Source: an uncultured Flavobacteriales bacterium
GTDB lineage: Bacteria > Bacteroidota > Bacteroidia > Flavobacteriales_D > JABDKJ01
Assembly (NCBI GenBank): GCA_937875855.1
Contig: CALFHF010000222.1
Coordinates: 15,353-79,352 of the forward strand
Direction of reading: 5' to 3'
Length of the DNA: 64,000 nt
Position 1 is the stretch's first letter. The number at the start of each line of letters is the position of its first letter. This document shows, piece after piece, positions 47,611 to 55,227 of the stretch. Both the position numbers and the translations under genes were made by a program. The notes under the pieces were generated by a model that made no database searches, had not been told where the DNA came from, and worked only from the letters and a program-made list of their open reading frames with translations.

Positions 47611-47662
47611 TGTGCTATGATGCACCCAGGTCATTTGTCGAAGTGAATCCCGGTAGCACCAC
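47611..47662 (+). pseudogene. Internally deleted tRNA-Phe remnant
   Basis: GTGCTAT and CCCAGGT fragments are followed by an 18-nt perfect copy of the tRNA 3' end, GAATCCCGGTAGCACCAC (47645-47662, matching 47504-47521). The D and anticodon arms are missing. Confidence 0.7.
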
Positions 47663-47674
47663 ATAAGAAAGGAA

Positions 47675-47705
47675 AGACCACTTCTAATACAGATGTGGTC
47701 TTTTT
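47675..47705 (+). terminator. Rho-independent terminator after the tRNA remnant
   Basis: The stem AGACCAC/GTGGTCT has a 13-nt loop and is followed by T5. Confidence 0.6.
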
Positions 47706-47870
47706 CTATTTACACAAGTTTTAGCGGGATGAGAAGTTTACACTGAGCGGAGTCCATCGGACAGTTCTAATTCCCCATAAACTTGAAATCAGAAATCCCC
47801 TCTAATTCTTGTCAGATTCCATCTGGCCGAGCTTATTCCTATTTTCGCGTTTTAAATCCGCACATATTTC

Positions 47871-48440
47871 ATGGCAACTACATCTGATATCAAGAACGGC
47901 CTCTGCATCAATTATAATGGAGACCTATGGACAATCATAGAATTCCTTCACGTGAAGCCAGGAAAAGGCCCAGCGTTCGTGAGAACCAAACTCCGTAACC
48001 TCAATAATGGTAAAGTGGTCGATAATACCTTCAACTCTGGTGTGAAAATCGAGGTGGTGCGTATTGAGACGCGTAAGCATCAGTACCTCTTCAAGGATGA
48101 CATGGGATTTCATTTTATGAACTCTGATAATTTCGAACAAGTATGTATTCCTGAGCATTTGATCAATGCTCCTCATCTGCTTAAAGAATCTGTAACGGCT
48201 GATATCATGTTCCATGCTGAACTAGAGAAGCCCTTGAGCTGTGAACTTCAGCCTTTCATGGAATGCACGATCACCTACACCGAGCCTGGCGTGAAAGGAG
48301 ATACAGCTACTAATTCGAACAAGCCCGCTACTATAGACACAGGATTTGAGATTCGTGTGCCGCTCTTCATTAATACTGGAGATATGGTAAAAGTGGATAC
48401 CCGAAATGGGGGCACGTATGTAGAGCGCGTAAAGCAGTAA
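47871..48440 (+). CDS. efp: Elongation factor P
   Basis: VKPGKGPAFVRTKLRN is present in a 189-aa protein with the three-domain EF-P layout. Confidence 0.95.
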   Translation: MATTSDIKNGLCINYNGDLWTIIEFLHVKPGKGPAFVRTKLRNLNNGKVVDNTFNSGVKIEVVRIETRKHQYLFKDDMGFHFMNSDNFEQVCIPEHLINAPHLLKESVTADIMFHAELEKPLSCELQPFMECTITYTEPGVKGDTATNSNKPATIDTGFEIRVPLFINTGDMVKVDTRNGGTYVERVKQ

Positions 48441-48444
48441 GGAC

Positions 48445-49386
48445 ATGAAACTGGATCGGGGATATAGTCTTAAGGAATTCGCTGAGCTCATAGGGGCGCA
48501 GATGAAAGGCCCTGCTGACCATGTAATCACCGGGATCAATGAGATCCATAAAGTAGTGCCAGGAGATCTGGTCTTCGTGGATCATCCTAAGTATTATGAG
48601 AAGGCCCTAGCATCAGCTGCTACCACAGTGCTGATAGATAACGCAGACGTGGAATGCCCTGCGGGAAAAGCCCTCTTAATCTCAGAGCAACCTTTTAGAG
48701 ATTTCAATGCATTGACTTCTCGCTTCAAACCTGAGGTGAAGAAGCAAGATCAACATGCCCTAGACCTTCAAATAGGCAGCGGAAGCCACATCTCTCCTGG
48801 CGTGCATATTGGCCAACGCGTGAGCATAGGCAAGGACTGTTATATCTATCCCGGAGTAGTGTTGAATGACGATACGCAGCTGGGAGACCGTGTGATAATT
48901 CATGCGAATACTGTCATAGGCGGAGATGCTTTTTATTACAAGCAATATCCAACGGGTCGTGTCAAATTACATACCTGTGGAGCTGTAATCATAGAAGATG
49001 ATGTGGAGATAGGCGCCCTGTGTACCATAGACCGAGGGGTTACTGGAGATACACGCATAGGTGCAGGAACGAAACTAGATTGTCAAGTACATATAGGCCA
49101 TGATACTGTGGTAGGAAAGAACTGCCTTATGGCTGCTCAAGTAGGAGTAGCAGGCTGTGTGATTATAGAAGATGACGTTACGCTTTGGGGTCAAGCCGGG
49201 ATCCCAAGTGGAAGGCGCGTAGGTAAAGGAGCTGTGCTTCTAGGTCAATCAGCCATAATGTATGATGCAGAACCGGGTAAAGTATACCTTGGATCTCCCG
49301 CCCAAGAACGCAGAACGGCATTCCTTGAACTAGCGCTATTAAAACGCCTTCCTGAACTCTTCAAGAAAAAAGATGGCAACGGATAG
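48445..49386 (+). CDS. lpxD: UDP-3-O-acylglucosamine N-acyltransferase
   Basis: An LpxD-type N-terminal domain is followed by left-handed beta-helix hexapeptide repeats. Confidence 0.8.
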   Translation: MKLDRGYSLKEFAELIGAQMKGPADHVITGINEIHKVVPGDLVFVDHPKYYEKALASAATTVLIDNADVECPAGKALLISEQPFRDFNALTSRFKPEVKKQDQHALDLQIGSGSHISPGVHIGQRVSIGKDCYIYPGVVLNDDTQLGDRVIIHANTVIGGDAFYYKQYPTGRVKLHTCGAVIIEDDVEIGALCTIDRGVTGDTRIGAGTKLDCQVHIGHDTVVGKNCLMAAQVGVAGCVIIEDDVTLWGQAGIPSGRRVGKGAVLLGQSAIMYDAEPGKVYLGSPAQERRTAFLELALLKRLPELFKKKDGNG

Positions 49387-50602
49387 ACTCCATAGAATGT
49401 CAGAACGCCTGCAACTGAATAAGTTCAAGCTACAGACCTTGCTAGAGATCACCAAGGGAATCAATGACAACTTGCCTATCTCCCAGCTCGTAGCCATTTA
49501 TCGAGGAATAGTAGAAGGAGAATTGGAGCTGAGTAAACTGGTTCTGTTCACTAGATTAGAACCTGGCTGGGAAGTCCTTTTGCAATTTGGTGATCAAGAT
49601 GTGGATCTGAGTTCATGGAACCCAGAGGATATGGACGCTTTTCAAGGCATAACCGTATTAAGCCAAGCGAAAGAGCAGATCATTCCTGGCTATGACATTA
49701 TCATTCCTGTGCATCACCAATCCAGGGCCTTGGCATATCTCTTTATCGGGGATATGGAGGATGAGGTAGCTATAAGCCCCATCATCAAGCACATGAACTT
49801 CATACAGACCATCACGAATATTCTGGTGGTAGCCGTGGAGAACAAGAGACTCATGCGCGAGAGCCTGAGGCAGGAACGAATGCGAAGGGAATTAGAGCTT
49901 GCTGCAGAGATGCAAGCGCTGCTCGTTCCTTCTGAATTTCCTGTGATGGGAGAAGTGGAAGTAAGCGCACTCTATTACCCGCATCAAGAAGTGGGTGGAG
50001 ATTATTATGACAGCTTTCAATTGCAGGATGGTCGCCACTTTATATGCATAGCGGATGTCTCTGGCAAAGGAATTTCAGCGGCTTTTATCATGGCTAATTT
50101 TCAGGCGAGATTACGCGTGATGGCCGAGGTAGAACCTGACATTTCGAAACTGGTCAGGCACCTAAACAAGAGCGTGGATGACAGCACAAAAGGAGAACGC
50201 TTCGTAACCTTTTTCGTGGCCGTATTTGACCCAGAAACGAGGGTATTGACCTCCATCAATGCAGGTCATAATCCTCCACTTTTAAAGAATGGATTTACCT
50301 CAAGTTTTTTGAAAAAAGGATGCATGGGCTTAGGAATGGTGCAAGAGATTCCGCAGATTTCTGTAGAAGAAACCACCCTTCAAAAAGGTGCTGTGCTCCT
50401 CTGTTTTACTGATGGATTGGTAGAAGTAGAAAATGAGCAAGGTCAAGAATATGGAGAGAAAGGACTTGAGAAACTCATGTCAGCCTTGAACCAAGAAAGT
50501 ATGGCTGACTTGAATCTAAAGGTGAAAGCTGACTTTGATAGATTTAGAGGCGGCAATGCTGCTCACGATGACTTCGCAGTCTTGAGCGCACGATTCCGCT
50601 GA
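49373..50602 (+). CDS. PP2C/SpoIIE-family serine phosphatase with a GAF-like N-terminal sensor region
   Basis: GGDYYD, DVSGKGISAA, TDGLVE and a C-terminal DD are present. An alternative start lies at 49397. Confidence 0.8.
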   Translation: MATDRLHRMSERLQLNKFKLQTLLEITKGINDNLPISQLVAIYRGIVEGELELSKLVLFTRLEPGWEVLLQFGDQDVDLSSWNPEDMDAFQGITVLSQAKEQIIPGYDIIIPVHHQSRALAYLFIGDMEDEVAISPIIKHMNFIQTITNILVVAVENKRLMRESLRQERMRRELELAAEMQALLVPSEFPVMGEVEVSALYYPHQEVGGDYYDSFQLQDGRHFICIADVSGKGISAAFIMANFQARLRVMAEVEPDISKLVRHLNKSVDDSTKGERFVTFFVAVFDPETRVLTSINAGHNPPLLKNGFTSSFLKKGCMGLGMVQEIPQISVEETTLQKGAVLLCFTDGLVEVENEQGQEYGEKGLEKLMSALNQESMADLNLKVKADFDRFRGGNAAHDDFAVLSARFR

Positions 50603-52008
50603 TAAATATCCAAGGCTACGATGCCAGCCGAGAATCCCCAGAACGGCACACTCACCTTATCTGTATCCAAGAAATTATTGAGCACACCATGAATGAAATA
50701 GGTAATTAAGCCTAGTAACATGCACATGCACAGCATCTTCAGATAAGGGTCTTCCAGTTTGTAATACAGCTCAATTCCCGTCTTCAAAATCATGATGACG
50801 AAGCACAAGAAAAAGACCAATCCCAATACTCCTGTTTCACAGAGCGGACCCAGATATTCGCTATGGGCGTTTCCGGCATCCCCAAGATTCGTGCTGATGA
50901 TGGTGGTCTCGCTGTGTTTTTGGAAAGGAGAATATTGGAACATATACGTACCCGGTCCCCAGCCAAAGAAAGGCCGCTGCTCGAACATGCGCATGGCGCT
51001 GCTCCATCGGTTGAGTCGTTCTAAGTTACTTGCATCTGTGGAGACATTGGTCATAGACTGAATGTGCTCCGTGAAATTCTCAGAGCTGTCTTGCCTGTTG
51101 CGCTCTAGCTCTCGCATTATGTCATCTTGGAAGACAATATATCCTGCTATCATAGCGAACATAACAGAGAATACAAGCCAGAATTTTATGCGCAATCTCA
51201 TCACTATAAATACGCCCAATGCTCCCACCAAACTCAGCCATGCGGCTCGTGTATAAGAGAAGATTAACCCCACGGTAAGTATGACACCAAGTAGAATCGC
51301 GAGACCCTTTTTCCAAGTCTCCAGCTTGATAGAAAATATATGTCCTAAGACGAGGGGGATGAACATGGCAATCACGGCTCCATAGGACGTGTGGTCCTTG
51401 TAAAATGGATCCATGACATAGTGCCCCGTTTGCTCATCAAAGCCATTGGCAGCGTGTTTCATCATGGTGTATATGATGACAAGAGCCAAGGAAATAATGT
51501 ACATCCAGAAGTATTTCTTCAGATAATTCTGGTCCTTGAAAAAGGCAATCATCAGGAAGAAAAGTGGAATGACAAACCAAAGTCTGCTGGCCAAGAATTT
51601 GAAAGAAATCAAGGGAAGACTGCTGGTCATGGAAGTAATGAAAAGCCATATCAGACCAATGATTACGACCACTGAAACTGGATGTCGCCAGAGTTCTTTG
51701 TCCAAGCGTTCCTTGCCAAAAGACCAAACAATAAAAACAAGAAGAACACCGGCCAAGATAGGCTCCGTAGGAAAGTAGAATCCCACTCCGCCTAGTTGTT
51801 TCAAGTTCTCAAGGTTCAAGGAAAAAGGAGTGAGAAGCGCAACAAAGAGCATCAACTCTTTTAGCCTATACAGAACCGCCCAGACCATTACCAAGCCAAG
51901 CGGAATGGCCATGGGATAGTACTTCTCCGTAGCTATAAAGTAGGTATTGAGCAGCGCAAAAAGGATCAGTCCTATCCACAGCAGATATTTCTCAAGCCGA
52001 ATGGCCAT
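50563..52008 (-). CDS. O-antigen ligase/polymerase-family (Wzy_C-type) membrane protein
   Basis: About 11 TM segments flank a large loop containing GWGPGT..HSEYL. Confidence 0.7.
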   Translation of the reverse strand: MAIRLEKYLLWIGLILFALLNTYFIATEKYYPMAIPLGLVMVWAVLYRLKELMLFVALLTPFSLNLENLKQLGGVGFYFPTEPILAGVLLVFIVWSFGKERLDKELWRHPVSVVVIIGLIWLFITSMTSSLPLISFKFLASRLWFVIPLFFLMIAFFKDQNYLKKYFWMYIISLALVIIYTMMKHAANGFDEQTGHYVMDPFYKDHTSYGAVIAMFIPLVLGHIFSIKLETWKKGLAILLGVILTVGLIFSYTRAAWLSLVGALGVFIVMRLRIKFWLVFSVMFAMIAGYIVFQDDIMRELERNRQDSSENFTEHIQSMTNVSTDASNLERLNRWSSAMRMFEQRPFFGWGPGTYMFQYSPFQKHSETTIISTNLGDAGNAHSEYLGPLCETGVLGLVFFLCFVIMILKTGIELYYKLEDPYLKMLCMCMLLGLITYFIHGVLNNFLDTDKVSVPFWGFSAGIVALDIYQRNRALKTAKSS

Positions 52009-52010
52009 GT

Positions 52011-52967
52011 TCAGCTCTTGGAATCCTTGAACTTATCATATGCTACGATGAGAATGGCTCCTCCAATCAACGTTAAGACCACACTCAAGACCAAGATGAC
52101 CCAGCGTACAGGGTAGGATTTCTTATCGGCTGTTTGGGGACGCACCACGTATTGAAAATAGGTGAGATTCGTTTGCACTTTGGATCGTTCTACCGCAGCT
52201 TTTTGGGCGAGCTCAGCATAGGATTCTTGAAGTCCTCCAACCATGGCTTGAAGCATTTCTACTTCGCTTCCTTGCCCGGCCAGCTCTTTCATGAGAGACT
52301 CCACTTTCTCCATGCTTTTGCCCGAACTTCCTTTCTCTATCATGCGCACATATCCTTCGGTATATCGCTCTGATTGACTTTCAAAATCAAGGATGCCTGT
52401 CTTGGTCCTGATCTCAGACATACGTTGCTTTAGAGAGTCCATAATGGAGGCCATCTGATTCATCTCGTTCTGGGTCATTTTTTTGTATTCCTCGTGTTTG
52501 ACCCGAATACTTTCGTTCAATTCAGAGTTATAAATGTCCAGAATGCTCTCCACCATTTGCTTGGCCACCTCAGGGGTCTCATCCTGACATGTAATCTCAA
52601 CGCTTTCATAACGCGTAGGGCTTATGCTCACCCGTTCTTGATATAATAAGTCAGCCCAGTAGCGATACTCAGGGGCTCCAGGTATGAGACCCCCACGCTT
52701 ATACATCTCAAACTTGTTTAGAAGAGAGTCCTGGATATCATCATCAGCCAAGAGCTGAAGCATCTGCTCTGTCTCTGATTCATCAGATAGTGGAGAGAGG
52801 TTCGCTGGATATACTACCGCGGTAGATGTATAACGCGGAGGCATCAAGGACGGCACGCTCAGGATTATTCCTGTTACTGCCGAGAGGATAGCCATGGCGG
52901 CTAAGAGTTTCCAATTGCGTTTCAGAGTATCAAATATCCCGCTGAAAAGGTTGCTGTCGTTCATCAA
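52011..52967 (-). CDS. Wzz-like polysaccharide chain-length determinant protein
   Basis: An N-terminal TM segment with PRYTSTAVVYP is followed by a coiled-coil middle and a C-terminal TM segment. No kinase domain is present. Confidence 0.6.
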   Translation of the reverse strand: MMNDSNLFSGIFDTLKRNWKLLAAMAILSAVTGIILSVPSLMPPRYTSTAVVYPANLSPLSDESETEQMLQLLADDDIQDSLLNKFEMYKRGGLIPGAPEYRYWADLLYQERVSISPTRYESVEITCQDETPEVAKQMVESILDIYNSELNESIRVKHEEYKKMTQNEMNQMASIMDSLKQRMSEIRTKTGILDFESQSERYTEGYVRMIEKGSSGKSMEKVESLMKELAGQGSEVEMLQAMVGGLQESYAELAQKAAVERSKVQTNLTYFQYVVRPQTADKKSYPVRWVILVLSVVLTLIGGAILIVAYDKFKDSKS

Positions 52968-53013
52968 AAAAGAGAGTTTAAAAAAGCCGCGCTAAAGTAG
53001 GGTTTTAACGCGT

Positions 53014-54468
53014 TCAGCTCTGTTTCATTATGTGTGCAATGCCCTTCATGTCAATCAATTTCAACATCATAGCTACTAACAGCCCCATAACGCCCATGAT
53101 CAAAGCATTTAGCACCCATGGCCAAGGCATAAAGTGGGCTATGTAACCAAAGAGAATTAAGAAGATGGCAAGGCCAGCGAATCGAAGGAGCAATGGTATG
53201 TCTAGCTTCAACTTAAAGACCTTCACCACCACCAGAACATGGATAATAGCTGAGAAAGTCTGGGTTGCCAGTGCCGCCCATGCGCTTCCTTCAGCGTATA
53301 ACAGTGGAGCCAGCCAGAGGTTCATGACCAGGTTGATTAAGACGGTTATTGCGCTCAGAATATTGAGCAACTTCAATTCTCCTGCTGAGGTCAATAAGGT
53401 GCCATAAATATGAACCGTACTATAGCAAACTGCACTCAGGATGAGCAGTGAAAAGCAGCGTGTAGCTTCCTCAATGTGCGCATCATATCTCCAGCTAATA
53501 ATCTCTAAACTGAAAGTGAAGCAGGTCAATGCGATGATCATCACTCCGCTCAATAAGATGCGACTTGAGAGGCTCAAAAGAGCTTTTATGTCTTGCTTCT
53601 CCTTCAGCATTCTGGAGAAAATGGGGAAGAGCAATACGGCAAAAAGAAACGAGAAATTATTCAGCGCTTCTAGGAATCTGAAGCCTTGGGCATAGATTCC
53701 TGCTTGTACATCTCCATTCACTACGATACGCTCCAGAATCACTGTGTCCATCCGATGATACAGGCTCATAAGCAATATTAAAATCGCATAGGGAATACTT
53801 TTCTTGATGATGTCTTTATTGAACATCGTATCAAAACGGGGCAAGACATTTTGCAATTTTCCTCTTAAGAATCCCAGCGCGACCAATAGCGTCAAGGCAT
53901 AAGCTGCAGTCTGTGCATAGACGAACCAGCGTATGTCGAACTGAATCTCAACCATGGGGGACCAGAGAAGGAAACCGCAAATGAGAATCAATAGGGAACG
54001 ATCCAATACGGAGATAATCGAGTCTCTCTTGAACAGATGAAGCCCAGCCAGATTACTACGGAAGAAGAAAATGGTGGCTACCAAGCCTTGATTCAAGACC
54101 AAGAAACCTAAGATATATATCTGCTCGCGATTATAACCAATGAAGATTCCTGCGAGCAATGTGAGTACTATGAACACGCCTAAAAGCATTACGCGTAATC
54201 CTATCATGCGCGGGAATAGGTCATCAATGGCTCCCGCATTTCGGGCCACATTACGGTTGTTATAATTCGTGGTTCCTAGGTCGTTCAGGATATTGAAGAG
54301 GAACGTGAAATTGAACAGCGCGAAATAATTTCCGTAGTCCTCAGCACCTACCATGTTCTGTACCTCGGCATCAATACCGAGGATATAGAATGGCTTTACT
54401 AGGAGGTTCACTAAAATGAGGAACCCGAGATTTGTGAGGAATTTCTTCTGCATGGATGCTTCGGTCAA
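53014..54468 (-). CDS. Wzx-type oligosaccharide flippase (polysaccharide biosynthesis protein family)
   Basis: The protein has about 12-14 TM segments and 484 aa. It sits next to the Wzz-like and ligase genes. Confidence 0.65.
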   Translation of the reverse strand: MTEASMQKKFLTNLGFLILVNLLVKPFYILGIDAEVQNMVGAEDYGNYFALFNFTFLFNILNDLGTTNYNNRNVARNAGAIDDLFPRMIGLRVMLLGVFIVLTLLAGIFIGYNREQIYILGFLVLNQGLVATIFFFRSNLAGLHLFKRDSIISVLDRSLLILICGFLLWSPMVEIQFDIRWFVYAQTAAYALTLLVALGFLRGKLQNVLPRFDTMFNKDIIKKSIPYAILILLMSLYHRMDTVILERIVVNGDVQAGIYAQGFRFLEALNNFSFLFAVLLFPIFSRMLKEKQDIKALLSLSSRILLSGVMIIALTCFTFSLEIISWRYDAHIEEATRCFSLLILSAVCYSTVHIYGTLLTSAGELKLLNILSAITVLINLVMNLWLAPLLYAEGSAWAALATQTFSAIIHVLVVVKVFKLKLDIPLLLRFAGLAIFLILFGYIAHFMPWPWVLNALIMGVMGLLVAMMLKLIDMKGIAHIMKQS

Positions 54469-54543
54469 AGTAAACCATATTCCCTTTCAGACCACACTCA
54501 TGCTGTATCAAGACATGATCTATTATCCTTGTGCTCTGAAACA

Positions 54544-55137
54544 ATGCCTAACTTAAAACCATATCTGGATCCTACTCTCATTGAAGCTGGGGTAGATGAG
54601 GTGGGCCGCGGATGTCTTGCCGGACCTGTGGTTGCAGCTGCGGTAATCTTGCCAAAGGACTACACTCATCCACTTCTTGATGACAGCAAGAAACTGAGCA
54701 TGAAGTCCATGAAGATCATTGAGAAAGACATCAAACAGAATGCGATTGCCTTTGCCATATCCAAGGCTGATCACAAGGTGATAGATGAAATCAATATTCT
54801 TCAAGCTTCCTTCTTGGCCATGCATAAGGCATTGAGAAAATTAAAGACCCGTCCCGAGGCCATACTCGTGGATGGAAATCGCTTCAAAGCTTTTTCTAAG
54901 ATACCGCATAGCTGTCATGTAAAAGGAGATTCCAAGTTCAGCTCCATAGCTGCTGCCTCTGTCTTAGCTAAAGTGTACAGAGATGAATACATGGCCCGCC
55001 TGCATAAGAAATTCCCAGTGTATGGATGGGAGAGAAATGTAGGATACCCCACCCTAGAACACAGAGCTGCTATCGCAGAAACAGGAAGCAGTCCCTATCA
55101 TCGTATGAGCTTCAAACTCCTTGCCGAGGAGACCTAA
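54544..55137 (+). CDS. rnhB: Ribonuclease HII
   Basis: GVDEVGRGCLAGPVV and DDSKKL are present. The ATG at 54544 is preferred over the TTG at 54529. Confidence 0.92.
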   Translation: MPNLKPYLDPTLIEAGVDEVGRGCLAGPVVAAAVILPKDYTHPLLDDSKKLSMKSMKIIEKDIKQNAIAFAISKADHKVIDEINILQASFLAMHKALRKLKTRPEAILVDGNRFKAFSKIPHSCHVKGDSKFSSIAAASVLAKVYRDEYMARLHKKFPVYGWERNVGYPTLEHRAAIAETGSSPYHRMSFKLLAEET

Positions 55138-55202
55138 GGATGCTTCACATGTTTATGTTGACAGGCCTTGGCTTGGGAGCGCTGAGTGCCTTTTTCAAGC
55201 AC

Positions 55203-55210
55203 TAGCTTTG
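55203..55210 (+). promoter_or_regulatory. Candidate -7 promoter box (TAGCTTTG)
   Basis: The sequence matches TAnnTTTG and ends 17 nt upstream of the TTG start at 55228. Confidence 0.3.
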
Positions 55211-55227
55211 GGATATAACTTCCTGCC

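Larger units (their letters stand above)
47578..47753 (+). repeat. 28-nt perfect direct repeat pair bracketing the decayed tRNA copy
   Basis: GGGATGAGAAGTTTACACTGAGCGGAGT occurs at 47578-47605 and 47726-47753, a spacing of 148 bp. Confidence 0.9.

Noticed and set aside
47463-47666. A 67-aa plus-strand ORF in the track.
   Set aside because: It begins inside tRNA-Phe and reads through the terminator hairpin and the tRNA remnant. It is an artefact of a stop-free stretch in noncoding DNA.
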